Below, one piece after another: positions 1 to 19,861 of a DNA stretch of 64,000 nt. Location: the NCBI RefSeq assembly GCF_009914755.1, contig NC_060936.1; one strand, 5' to 3'. Within the stretch, counting starts at the first letter, position 1; each line of letters opens with the position of its first letter. The position numbers and the translations under genes were made by a program. This DNA comes from the human T2T-CHM13v2.0 reference genome, Homo sapiens. The notes beneath the pieces are model-generated. The model did no database searches and was not told where the DNA came from. It worked only from the letters and a program-made list of their open reading frames with translations.

Positions 1-487
1 GAGTTCTTTGTTCTCCTCAACCTTAAAAGATGCAGCAAAATGCTTGAGGCATGTTGCTGAGATCATGGAGTAGATTGGTTGGTTGTCTGGTCATCTTCTC
101 AAAATTGTATTTAGTTTTACAGATTTTGGAAGATGTGTGCTGTTTTATGTCTATTCAGTAGTACACCTTTAAATGGGACACATATTAACTGAATGAACCT
201 TAACTCTTTTGGAAGCATCTTTTTAAAAGCAAAGTATAAAAGCAACATGTACTAGTTCTAAAAGTTCAACATATAGAGGCATATAAGTTGAAAGATCCCT
301 GTATCCATTAATATTCATACTGCAAATCACTTTGAAGAGATTGGTGTGTATTCTTCCTGATTTTTAAATATGTCTATTATAATGTATATATGGTGTTGTA
401 TAGAAGTGGGATTTATAGGTATCCACATTGTTCTAGAAAATTCCTTTTTCAGTGATAAATCATGTGCATCTTCCCATGTCAATATAA

Positions 488-1015
<528 letters not shown>

Positions 1016-1018
1016 CTA

Positions 1019-1390
<372 letters not shown>

Positions 1391-2127
1391 TTAACAGACA
1401 TGTTTCCAGTTTTTGCTGTTATCCACAATGAACATTCTCATATATACATACATTTTTGTACACTTCACTGATTAAATCCTTAGGATACATTCCTATAAAT
1501 GAGTTAGTTTGGTAAAAATGAATGGAAAATTTAAATATTGATACCAGATTGCCCTCCAGAAAAATTGCAGTGCTTTACACTCCCAGCTCCAGTGAGTGGA
1601 AGGAGTTGTTTCCCATACTCCTGCTGGCACTAAAGCATTTGGATAAACTTTCAAGTTCGAGAAAATTGGCTATAAGCCTAATAGCTATTAATCTGGGTTT
1701 TGAAGATTGGAAAATAATTTTGTGGGGTTTGGTTTTGGGAAAGAAGGCATTCTTTCATAAAACTGATTTATAAAAAATTGATTTTTATGATTTTAATGTA
1801 TACTGTATATGTTATTTAAATAATTAATGCTAGCGAAAAATAATTCTCTCAACCCTGTGTCCAGCCACCTAGTTCCTGTCTGCAGAGGCAGATCGTTATG
1901 TCATTGTCTCATGTACCCTTCCAGAGGAATTCCATGACTAAGAAGCCTGCAAATACAGTAACATGCACATACAGAAACACATCCTTTTAAAAATGGCGAC
2001 ACAACTAGATGTGAGCTTCTTGAGGGCAAGGACCACATCTGTTTTTTGCTCATCAGTGTGTCTCTGATGCCTGCAGTGCTGCTTGGCACATTGTGGGTGC
2101 CCAGTAAGTGTTGAATGAATACTTTAA

Positions 2128-2377
<250 letters not shown>

Positions 2378-3052
2378 TACTTTACATTTGTAGTAGTCAT
2401 CATTAAACAGGCCTCGTAACTAAAAACAGAATCTTCGGGTTAAAAGAGGCCTCAAAGGTCACGTAGTTCAATTTCTCACCCAGGGCCAGTCTTTTCTACC
2501 ACATGCAGTCACTGCTTGAGCACTTGTAGTGATGGGGAACTGACTACCTGAAAACAGCTCACTCAATTGTTTAACACTTCCAGTTGTTGGAAAGTTCTAA
2601 AGCATATCAACAGCTAACCATTATTAAGCACATATTGTGTGCTGGGTATTGTGTTAAGTGCTTGTATGTGTTTTCCCTTAAATACTCTCTGTAATCCCTT
2701 GAGGCCAGGTTAGTATCTCCATTTTTTAGAGCAGGAAACAGAGATGTACAGTTTCTTGTTCAGGCTCACTCAGGTGGTGGTGGAACAGGAATGGACCCCA
2801 TGCAGTTGGCCTGCAGCCTGTGCTCCCCTATGCTCCTCTCCATTCAGGAGCCTCCAAGAGTTTGCAGAATGGCCCCCTAGGCAGTGGAAGGCAGCAGGCT
2901 TGGCTCTCCCATCCCCAAGGGGCCTCACTATGAAGAAGCTAAGTAATGGACGATAGGAATGTATTCTGTATTCTGCTGAAAAGACAAATGTATTCTGCTG
3001 AAAAGACAATCTTGCACACACGAAGAACAGTGTAAATTAAAACCAAACCAAA

Positions 3053-5352
<2,300 letters not shown>

Positions 5353-6172
5353 CTGCCCCGCCAGAAACATACGATTATTGTCAAAGGGGTCCCCTTCCCA
5401 ATTTCCTTTTTGTGAGGGGTACAGGGGTAGGGTGGTTCATGGCACCATTATTTATCTGGACCTCAGTTTTTAGGATCAAATTTAACCTTTCCCTCTCCCC
5501 TCATTTTCTCTCTCCCTCTCTTGTGTAAGTCAGCCATCTAGGCTTGTGAATTCTTCTAGTTAGCTTGAGCTCACAGTTGTCTTGAAGCAATTCCTTGGGC
5601 ATCCAGGTACAGTTCTCTTTCAGCACAGGTCTCTCCAAACAGGTCTATTTGTCTCCCTCCCCACGTTTCTCAGTGGGCCCTTCAGAAAGAAAGCTGCAGC
5701 TCTACTGGGGAGGCAAGAGCTTGTCATTGAGGAGGCTTGGGCCAGAGGCAGGAAGACCAGTTAGGAGTCTGTGGAAATCGCCTGGGCAAGCAATGGTGGC
5801 CTTCCAGCAAGGACAGGTGCAGTGAGAGTGACCAGGAGTGCAAGAACTGTGCTTCCCACAGTGCTTATGGCCGTGAGACCATGTGGAAATATACAATAAT
5901 GACCCTGGAGCATGGAGCCTTCCTGAGACTAGCTTGGTGAGCTTCTACCTGGAGGAAATGAAGATAGAAGGAAAACGCAATGTGACCTCTTTGATTAGGA
6001 CATAGATTCAAACACATGCAGATGGGGAGTCTTGATCAAGGAAATTCTGTTTTCTTCTTTGTGAAGCCTTTAATAAGATGAATATACTCTTCAACTCGAG
6101 ATCTGAAAAAGCAATGAAAATACTTCTTTTTGTTGTACTTAACACAATTTTTTGTGGTTTCTTTTTATCTAG

Positions 6173-6193
6173 GTACCTGATTCAAGAAAAAAG
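6173..6193 (+). CDS. TCTN1: TCTN1 21-nt micro-exon (~exon 7), VPDSRKK
   Basis: Branch-like tacttaac, T-rich tract, tctag acceptor, AAG|gtaaga donor; phase 0/0. Confidence 0.9.
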
Positions 6194-9130
6194 GTAAGAG
6201 TATTTATTTATTTTTGTAATAGAAAGTAGGATAGTTTATAATACTGTCTTATTTCTGAGCCCTTTTAAATGAATACAGTTACAATTAGAAGGGGACCTTG
6301 TTGCTAATAGCAAATACATTTGCCAAAAAGCAAGCAGAAGTGCAATAGGGAAACTCCTTAGTGGGAGTCACACTTCTGGGCTTCCCAGCTGCCTCTGTTG
6401 TTGTGGTTTTGTACTCTTCCATGGTTCAGTGACACCACTGTCGTGACCAGCAGTGGGTATGATTGACTTCTGGACATTCAGGCTATCCCTTGCTCCCTTC
6501 TTAGTCTCTTGTTAAGAAAGCTGTCCAGCTCCCAGGATGCTGCCCGTCCAGGGCAGAAGCCATAAGCACTTTGGCCAGTGGGTGTCCATCCCGCGTGGGA
6601 GGCGTGCCCCGTGGTATACCTTCAGGGCTTTATTTGAGGGTGGGTTCTTTTCAAAGCCTTATCGCCCCAGCCCAGGGTTCTACTTGATTGTGGTCAGGAT
6701 GTCAGGGTCTCTTCGTGGCTATGTCAGAAGGAATGTGGATCCCTCACCCCTTATTCTAGGGTTTGCACCCTAGGTCTGCCTGTGAACACAGTCCCCATGG
6801 AGGCCTGAGTTGGTGGCTTTGTCATAGTTTCCCACCCTGTGGAACTGGCCAGCCTAGGTTCAAACCTCAGCTTTGCCATTATTTTCTTGTCGGACTGACA
6901 CCGTGGTCTCCCTTTGTTGAGTGGATGGTAAGCGTCCGTGCAGAGGCATGACACAAGGCCAAGTGGGAGAAGCACATGAGGTGCTGGTGCGGCATCTGCG
7001 CATGGGATGCACTCGGGATGGGGATGCACTGGCTGTGATTGACTTCACTGATGCTCTGCACACAAACATGTTTGAGGGAGATGTTTGAAAGGAAATAGCC
7101 ATGTGACTTTGGGTCTCACACAACGGTGTGTGAGGCTGGATCCTGTCTTCTGTGAAGGGTGGGAAGACCTATTATGAGGAATGATGGATGTTACTTGTGT
7201 TTTCAAACTTGTTTTAGTTATAGAGACCCTTTCTTAAATGCAGTCTGAAGTGGAACCCTCTCTAGAGTGTAACACACAGACTGAATGTGGAGCTGTGCTG
7301 GTTGGAGCAGGGATGGGGCCTGAAGCCCTCCACCTGCCCAGTCTCCTTCTCTCTCCTCTTTGGTCCCAGTGAAGAACCCTAGGGCTCCCAGGAATGCAGT
7401 GTGAAAGTCATGCAATGGGCTAGCTCTCACCTCCCTCCAACCCCTAGAGAGTGCTTGGATTTTACCACTCAAAACTGGAACCGTCTGTGGGGGCAGCAGC
7501 CCTATCAGCCTTGTTCATGATATATCCTTATTTCTAACGCAGCGTCCAGTAGGTACTGGGCACTCAATGAGTTACGCATTTAGTGATGAATGACTAGGAA
7601 GGAGGTGGGTCCATTCAGGGTGGGAAGACCTATTATGAGGAATGTGATGGATGTTACTGGAAGGCTTGGAGCAGGTGCCAGGACTGTTCTAAGTGCTGTA
7701 TGTGTCTGACGTCTTTGAATCCTCTTGGCTGTCCTAGGAGGTAGGTTCAGTTACTGTCACTCTCTGGCAGATGAGTCACAGGAGATGAATGAGCTGCCCA
7801 TGGCTGCACAGCTGGGAAGTGGCAGAGCTGGGACAGGGATCTAGGTGGTCTGGCCCCAGGGACCTTATACTTTACCACCATACTGGGCCAGCTCTACTCT
7901 GTGAGCCCATGTGACAGGCTTCACACACCTTCCTTCTTTGCATCCTGTGGCCACACAGGACGTGGCAGACTGGGACTTCCAACTTAGGTCTGTGTGACAC
8001 CAAAGGTTGTGCTCTAAAGGACAAGCATGTAAACTAATAGTAGGAATTTGTTTAAAATTTTCTTAAAAAGCAGATTTTAAGGTTAGAGGATCAGGAGTAT
8101 AGAAATTGGGTCTAATCTCCCCACTAAGTGAAGACTGTTATGATTGCCTGGAATCATTGTCAGTATCTGTGGAGCCATCAGTGAAAGATTCCAGGGTAGC
8201 CCTGTAGTTTCATTGAGTATGCTGGAGTTCTTTACCAGTGTGTGTGTGGTTTGGGAATGGTATGTGGTAGAAGAGGAATCAAGGAAATCAGCACAGCGCT
8301 ACTGTTTCCTTCTCGGGACAGTTGAGTGAGCTGTCGAGACGAGGGCAGCTCCTGCCATTGACACCAGGACTCTCCAAAGCTCATTGACACTGAATCCTTC
8401 GGTTTTTGCCAATTCCACGCACACACCATGGAAGTGGCTCCAGCAGAGGCTGGTATGGCAGGCTATGCTCTTTCTTGGAACCCGGTGTCATTGCTGAATC
8501 AGGGGCCACTATGCTCAGAGTAAGGAACCCGGGGTTGCCCTTGTGTTAAACAAGAGCTAATTGAATAACAGCCTAGGACCCCCTCCATGCTGAAACCCCT
8601 TGGTGCGGCATGTTATGCAGAGGGCCTCACAGTGACTAGCATTGCCCTTCTGCCATTCTCGTCACATGACAGCTCACGTCTTTGTTACTGAGTCATGTCA
8701 CTTTCTTCTATGAGAGGTTTTGACTCGCAGGTCTTCTTGGTCATGGGAGCAGACACATAAGGACTGCTTATTTATCTCTAAAATAACTGCTTAAATACTT
8801 GGTCATTTTGAATTATAAACAGCATGGTGCATGATTGAGTGCAAGTTCAAAGTGGTATAAACAACTGTTAATAGATACATGAGGCTCCTTCCTCAACAGT
8901 GGTTTCTAAGAATTGAAGTTTAGAGCAAATGACAGATTCATCCTATAGTACGAGGAGGCTCAGCTACCTTTAGAGGATGGCTTGATGCCTTGTTACTCTG
9001 CTGGTGGTGGCCATGAATGCAAAACGTCCTTTAATAGCACTGGGATAAGCAGGGCTTCCCTGGTGCTGCTGAAAATGTTTGTCTGTGTCTGTTTTTTGTT
9101 GCTCATAATCCTACCACCCAGAGAAACCAC

Positions 9131-9162
<32 letters not shown>

Positions 9163-9166
9163 TGTG
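9131..9166. repeat. (TG)n microsatellite
   Basis: Directly visible. Confidence 0.95.
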
Positions 9167-9354
9167 AGCGTGCTTGCGCTTGTATAGAAGTTGTGTATAA
9201 ATTGGGTCAAATGAATATTCGGGGGTGTGTGGGGGCTTAAGGATATATATCCTGGGACTGCATGTGAATGTGCATGTGTGGGTATGGAGTGTGTAGGAGT
9301 TGTGTTTTGGAGGTGAGGATATATATGTGTGCTTGACAGTGTGATGGAGTTTTG

Positions 9355-9960
9355 TGTGTATTTGAGATATAATTCATATACCATAAAACTCACCATTTTA
9401 AAGTATACAATTCTGTGGTTTTTAGTATAGTCACAGGTTGTGCAACCATCACCACTAATTCCGGAACATTTCCATCACCCCAAAAAGGAGCCTTGTGTTA
9501 GCAGTCACTCCTCATTCTTCCCCAGCTTTGTCCCCCATCCCCTGGCAACCACCGATCTACTTTTCGTCTCTATGGGTTTGCCTATTTGGACATTCCGTAT
9601 AAATGGAATTAGAACTGTGGCCTTTTGTGTCTGGCTTCCATGACTTAGCATGTTTTTAAGATTCATCTGTACTGTGGCATGTATTAGTACTATTTTTAGG
9701 GATGAGTCATATGCCTTTGTAAGGCTAGACTTTGTATTTATCCATTCATCAGTTGATGGACATTTAGGTGGTTTTTGGTTTTAGCTATTTTGATAGTGCA
9801 GCTGTGAACATTTGTGTACAAGTTTTTGTGTAAACTTTATGTTTTCAGAGGTAACTACTTTTAAAGTTTTGGTTATATCCTCTCAAGTATTTTCTTTGTG
9901 AATGTATATATGTTTATTACTTTTGCAAATGTGGATCATAGTATATACACTGTTGTGTAG
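9355..9960 (-). mobile_element. Old L1 (L1M-type) 3' fragment
   Basis: aattcatataccataaaactcacc...ccctggcaaccaccgatctac...ccattcatcagttgatggacatt is typical of L1M 3' UTR. Confidence 0.75.
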
Positions 9961-10076
9961 CATGCTTCCCCCTACTTGGCCATATATCAGGGGAGGTTTC
10001 TTTCCAGTTGGTTGGTTATTTTAGCCCATCCTCCCTGGGTAGAGCATCTTCAACACTCCAGGTCTTCACTCTGCAG

Positions 10077-10211
10077 GTCCCTATCACTGTTCAGTCCATC
10101 GTCATTCAGTCTCTAAATAAAACGCTCACCCGACGGGAGGACACTGATGTGCTGCAGCCGACTCTCGTCAACGCTGGACACTTTAGCCTTTGCGTGAATG
10201 TTGTTCTTGAG
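10077..10211 (+). CDS. TCTN1: TCTN1 coding exon (~exon 8), 135 nt, [45 protein letters not shown]
   Basis: ctgcag acceptor, GAG|gtaggt donor; lies within ORF 10008..10448. Confidence 0.95.
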
Positions 10212-10717
10212 GTAGGTGCCGAGTTTGGCTTTGAGAGCTTGTCTGTGGCAGACTTAAGCCTCTTGTTGCGCCGGGGTAACTGGACGCCCTCCGAGGACGC
10301 TCTGTCCCAGCCCATGGTGTGGCTTTTCTTGGCTCAGCTGCCTGCTTGTCTTTCTGCTGTCTCATCAAAGGACACCTCTTGTCTCCACAAACTTAGTGAC
10401 TTGCCGGAATACATCAAAATATTTTTGTTGTTGCTGTTTTTGTTTTAACATGTTTCCTCTGCAGAGATAGGCTTATTGCATTCTGCTTGGACCAGCTTAT
10501 GTGGAACTTCTGTAATTGGGCAGAGTGGCTCAGATGACCCTGTCTGCTAGGGGTGGTGCTGAGGGAACACCTCTCATAATCCAACTGGACAGCAGAGCAA
10601 GGCTTCAACACATGGAGAAACAGGGAAAGATTTGCTATCTATGGGTGTTTTCAGTTATTCATACAGCTTCTGAAATGTAATGGAACAGGTATATTTGGAG
10701 TATCATTTTGTTTTTAG

Positions 10718-10864
<147 letters not shown>

Positions 10865-11160
10865 TAAGTATTTAATTGCCAAGTTAAAAAGAAATAATGA
10901 CTTCTCAGTGGATAAAACTGAATTTCTAAGTATTACATCCAAGCCTTTGTAGTGAACAGAGGGCTTTGTGTAGCCTGTGCATTTGTAATGAAACCAAGCA
11001 TTCTCCTTGTATCTTTTTTCCTTTTGGGAAAAGATTCCCTTCCACATTAGCTTGTTCTTTTACAGTATGATGTACTCCTACACCTGGCAGATGTATTTAT
11101 AGTTCTGAGTAGGGAGGGAGAAATTCTTTTATTGGTTGGTAATTCCATATTTTATTATGA

Positions 11161-12084
<924 letters not shown>

Positions 12085-12292
12085 TAAAAGAGTCACTTGT
12101 TTCTGTTTGAACTTGTGCTGATCAGAAAACAAAGCATTCTCACTTTTCCCCATTTTAATCAAATCTCTGCATCAGCTGATGAGCTCACATGAAAGCCACA
12201 TATAGTATATCATCATGCATGAATAGTAGCAAAACTGTTACAATCATTTTTGTTATTAAATACGGCAAAGCAAAAATTTCAAGGCTTTGTAT

Positions 12293-12896
<604 letters not shown>

Positions 12897-13379
12897 TGTA
12901 TGTTTCATTTTTAAGGTTGTTTAGCATTTGAGTTCACAGCAAAAATATTTCCCCTGACAATATTTCCTGTGTTTCTCAATTTTAATATACACAGCACATC
13001 AAAACCAGTGAGAGGAAGCCTGAATATGATCTGTTTTTATCTTATCAAATATGTACATAATGTAAAATATCAAACAGCGCTGCGCAGCTTGTTATAAAAA
13101 TAGTTCTTACCCTCATTTGCCCCACCTTGGAGGCAACCACTTTCAACTCTTGTAGCTGTTTTTTTCAAATTCTACCCCCAAATCTTGAAATAACCTGCAT
13201 ATAATGCTACTTCTTGATTTTTTTGGTTTTATGAATTTTTTATTGTTTCCATTAAGGAAGACAAAGGTTTGGCTCTTTCCCCTTCATCCCCTACCTCATG
13301 ACCCACACACTTCCCACATCTTCCCAGGGTCATTGGATCATTATTTTGGTTAGACCAATATTTACCATTTACTTATATT

Positions 13380-14570
<1,191 letters not shown>

Positions 14571-14640
14571 AACAAAGGGAAGGAAAGGAAGAAGAAAATG
14601 AAAAACTGCTGGTGGATGAACAACAGCCTCATTCAGTTGA

Positions 14641-14907
<267 letters not shown>

Positions 14908-16886
14908 TAAGGAGGCAGGATGGCCCTGAGTGGGAGCGCGGGCTGAATCTTGGATACTGATTTTTGCCCCTTTTTAGCAATGTTGCCTCTGGCCAGCAGT
15001 TTTATGGCTTTGAGCCTCTGTTTTCATCTGTGAAATGGGAACGCTAGTCAATAGTGAGTGAATGGCCTCATGGGGCATTGAGAGGGTTAAGTGAGGTAAC
15101 ATTTATGTGGCCCTGGGCATGGTGCCTAGTGGTCCATAAATGGGAACCTCTGTGATCCTCATCCTGTTGCTACCATCATTGTGATTGCTGGTGTCCCCCG
15201 AGCCCTCTCCAGGCATCTCATGACACGATAGACGAATGTTGAGTCCTGTATCAAAGACTGAGACTGACTTCCGTGCATGTGGCTCTCCCACCCATTGTCC
15301 CCTGTTCTACACAGGCAGCCCACACCTGAGAGTTTTCACTGCCACAGTTCCTCACAGAGTTGAATGGAAGTTGACAATCCTACAGATAGGTTCCCGGTCA
15401 CACATGATGCTTCTGCCCACCTTTTTCTTTTGTCTTAGCAGTCAGCGTGTGGGCCGGCCCTGGCCCAGGGGCGTGCTCTCCATCTTAGCCTGTAATTGCC
15501 CAGCTTGTTCTTGTCACGCTTTCTTCAGACCTCTCATTATCCGCTCCGAATATTTCTAGCATGGGCATAACGGGGGTGAGGACTGCTCACTTCTCTGATC
15601 CGCCCTCCCACCGAGGCCAGCAGAGACCCGGGATTACTCAGTCCCTGCCGTTCCACTGCGAAGTCTTGACTCAACTCTCCCACCAGAACCAGGCACATCG
15701 CTTCTGGCTTCTTGGCCATGGGTGAAGATGTGCAGTTATTACTCCTCCTCAGAAGGGAAGACATGGGTTGGGAGGAGAGGCAGCAGTGCGCACATGGCAC
15801 CGTCAGGGTCTGTGCTGATCCTGGGTGCTCAGAGGGCCTGCAGCAGCAGGTTTTGTACCAACTCTGCCGGCAACCCAGGTAGAGGCAGGCACGAGCACCT
15901 GCTAAACTCAGTTTCCACCAGCTGCATGCTGCATTGTCTCCTAAGAACAGGGTATTCGAGAGGATTGTTCAGTCTGCATGGTTTTTAAAGGCGGTTCCAA
16001 GCTAAGGAATTCCATCAGTGCTTTTTTCGCAGCCACCAAATTTAGCAGGCCTGTGAGGTTTTCATATCCTGAAGAGATGTATTTTAAAGCTTTTTTTTTT
16101 TAATGAAAAAATGTCAGACACACACAAAAGTAGAATAGTACCATGGAGTCCCCACGTACCCAGCCTGCAGCTTCAACAGTTACCACATTTGCCAACCGGA
16201 GAGACTGCCAAGGCAGGAAAAAGCCCTGGAAAGCCCACGGCCCCTTTTTCCCTTGGGTCAGAGGCCTTAGAGCTGGCTGCCAAAGCAGCCAACCAAAGGG
16301 GCAGCTCAGCTCCTTCGTGGCACCAGCAGTGTTCCTGATGCAGTTGAAGAGTTGATGTCTTTGACAACATACGGACACTGCCTGGATTACCTAGATGTCA
16401 CATCTTAATTGCCAATTGATGAAATTAGGTAAATGAAAAGAAAGCACTTAAATTTCCCCTTAGAGCATTTTAACATGACATGCAATCAGGTTTTGTCTGC
16501 TAATAATTATTTCTCCCCCTCCATCCCTCCCACCAGTTTCTTTCCTGAAGTCTGTGAGGCCGCTATAAACAGGTAGATGAAGTTAGAGCAGTTATGGCCC
16601 TAAATGGTCCACAGTTGGGTATTGGCACTACCGCAGTTTCAGGTGATGTCGGCATTTTTAGAAATAGGAGGAGATGGAAAAATTACGCTTCAGCTGTTAA
16701 AAATATTTTTGGGGCATTGAGTTACTTTAAAACACGTATATTCTCTAAGCTGTTTTTATCTGAACTTGTAGAGTCTATTCATTTTCTTGTTCAGAACATT
16801 TTGTAATATGTGAAACCTTTTATAATTAAAACTCTGAACTGCAGATTAAGTCTGACTTGCAGTTTTGTAAGATTCTAATGGATTAA

Positions 16887-17042
<156 letters not shown>

Positions 17043-17352
17043 TAGTTTAAAGGCATAGGTTAAGACAGAAGTCTAGACACAACTCAAGTGTGGTAGGTGA
17101 CAGGTATTACTTTGTGAAAAAGATTATAATTTAAACCATGGGGGTTCATAAAATATTTCAGCAGTCATTCTTAGAAACACTGACGATGGTTCTACTTACA
17201 TTAGCATTCTGGTTCAGATTGGATCTTTAAAATTCTCATGAAAATTATGATATTCACGTGTTAATCAGACACCCTGGTAAAATTGTTTCTCTCATCCAAG
17301 TTAATGGCCAATTAGTGCTCCAGGACCTATCAGATTCATGAACTGACAGTAG

Positions 17353-17586
<234 letters not shown>

Positions 17587-18490
17587 CGTAAGTGAGGAAA
17601 CTACGCCCCTCCTCTGAGGTCATCCCCTTTGGAAAGTGTGCACGTGGGGCTAGAAGTCCCTAGGGGATACTGCATTTTATACTTTTTGAGGGTCTCGCTT
17701 TGTTGCCCAGGCTGGAGTGCAGTGGTGTGATCATGGCTCACTGCAGCCTTGACCTCCTGGGCTCAAGCAATCCACCCACCTCAGCCTCCTAATAGCTGGG
17801 ACTACAGGTGCACACCACAACACCTGGCTAATTTTAATATAGTTTGTAGAGATGGGGTCTTGCTGTGTTGACCGGGCTGGTCTCAAACTCCTGGGCTCAG
17901 GTGCTCCTCCTGCCTCGGCCTCTGAAAGTGCTGGGATTACAGGTGTGAGCCACCATGCCTAGCCTTATTATACTTCTAACCTTTGAGGTTGCCTCCAAAC
18001 CAGCACACTGCCCTTCTCCACTCCCTTCCTGCCTTTTTTCCTTTTGGAAATGTTATTCTATCTGACTTTTGAATGGGGAATATGCTTAACACATAGGTCA
18101 TAGATGATAGAACCCAAAAAGTCTTTGGGGAGATGGTAAAGAACATGAACAGGACTTGAAGCAGCAGAGGCAAGGGGGATTTGGCCAGTTCATTCATCCC
18201 CTGCTTTGAGTTATTTATTTTAAAAATACTCAGTTCAGGTTTTTTCCTTTTTGGGTCCGGTTGAAATGAGTACAAAAAAATAGCAAAATATTAGATAAAA
18301 TCATGCGAGAAGAGCACACAGCCCTTACAAGGGGATCTTCCCCCAAATACCTTGTTAATTATAGTGGAGTCTTGGGTCTAATTGCCATTTCTGCACCAGG
18401 CACTGTAGCTAGCTTGCTCTCCGACTGGCAGGCTGGTATGGGTGCCACAGAGGAAAGAATACAGTAGGAGGGTCCAGGGAAAAGAGAGAG

Positions 18491-18517
18491 TTTATTTTAT
18501 ACAGTAGTTGTTTTATT
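18491..18517 (-). terminator. HVCN1: HVCN1 polyadenylation signals: two AATAAA (18517-18512 and 18496-18491)
   Basis: tttatt twice on +, inside a 20-bp tandem duplication; pyrimidine-rich stretch downstream on -. Confidence 0.8.
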
Positions 18518-18736
18518 TTATACAGTAGTTGTACAGTAATTGAGGAAAAATGTTGTCAGGTGGCAGAAAACAATGGAGCCACCTAGAAGCTGGCTGATGC
18601 AGCTGGGGCACACAGAGGAGGGGCCTGGGTACCCCTTTTGGGGAAACTGAGACGAAGCTATTTAGAACAGCTTGAAAATAAGAGACTTTTCTAGAATGGG
18701 GTGGCAGCTAAAGTAGCTTCTTTTTCTTTCTTTCAG

Positions 18737-18935
18737 AATGCTCAGATGCATCAGTTCCTTAATATACACGTGAAATTTGAAAACTGTACATTCGGTGAGA
18801 TTAAATTTTATATACAACTAGCAATTGTCCAGCTTTGTTGCTCATTTTCAATTAAGGCTAAAGTGTTCAACATGAGAAAATGTGATACATTTGATACAGT
18901 GTGGGGTGGGAGTGGATGGGCAGCTCTTGGTGGTA
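18737..18935 (+). other. TCTN1: TCTN1 terminal (3'UTR) exon; 3' end uncertain (ATTAAA at 18800-18805, may extend further)
   Basis: Strong ttctttttctttctttcag acceptor ending 18736 pairs with the donor at 17588; the end coordinate is an estimate. Confidence 0.75.
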
Positions 18936-19103
18936 CTGGACCTTCCACAAGGCTGTGTCCACCCAGAATCCATGCTGGCAGGAGGGAGGCAGAGGTATCA
19001 AACCAAACCTCTCACCAAGCGGCCCAGGAGGGGCAGCTGTTCCTCTCGTGACAGCACAGGCCCATGAGACAGTGTCTTCTTTTTGAGGGGAGCTGGTCCG
19101 GGT

Positions 19104-19169
19104 CTAGTTCACTTCACCAAGAAGTCCATGCTGTCGCAATAGTTTGTTAAGTCTTTCAATTTCTTGTTC
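19104..19169 (-). CDS. HVCN1: HVCN1 last coding exon, EQEIERLNKLLRQHGLLGEVN* (coiled-coil end)
   Basis: tag acceptor 19171-19170; 66 nt; total CDS 21+285+105+232+113+66 = 822 nt = 273 aa + stop. Confidence 0.96.
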   Translation of the reverse strand, partial: EQEIERLNKLLRQHGLLGEVN

Positions 19170-19558
19170 CTATTGCAAAAGCAGACAAACACTGGAATTT
19201 ACTTTGAGCCTCGCCAGGGATGTGACAATCAATCATTCAGTGAGCCCCAGGCACAGGACCACAGAGATGAATGAAAGCTACGCTGTTTGTGGCATTCAGT
19301 CTGCTGAGGAGACTGCTACAATCAGATAGGCTTCACTGAGCAGCAGTGACAGCAGTGAGAAGACAAACGTGGGGGACCTGGCAGAGCCCTGGGATGTGGG
19401 GGTGGGCACAGCTTCAGGGAGGATGTGACGCCTGGGCTGGATCTGAAAGGACAAGGCAGGCTCAGCCCAGGGAAGGGCGCTCTAGGTGCATGAGCAGCGC
19501 TCTGCTGCAGGCGGGTGCTGCGGCAGAGGCCAGCTTCCCAGATATCTTTTTTTTTTGA

Positions 19559-19663
<105 letters not shown>

Positions 19664-19861
19664 TGAGTAGCTAGGATTGCAGGCATGTGCCACCATGCAC
19701 AGCTAATTTTGTATTTTTAGCAGAGACAGGGTTTCTCCATGTTGGTCAGGCTGGTCTCGAACTCCGGACCTCAGGTGCTCCACCTGCCTTGGCCTCCCAA
19801 AGTGCTAGGATTACAGGCATGAGCCACCACGCCTGGTCCCCAGATGTGTCGTCTTTCTTAC

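Larger units (their letters stand above)
18491..19103 (-). other. HVCN1: HVCN1 3'UTR
   Basis: Runs from stop TAG (19106-19104) to duplicated AATAAA signals; cleavage site approximate. Confidence 0.8.
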
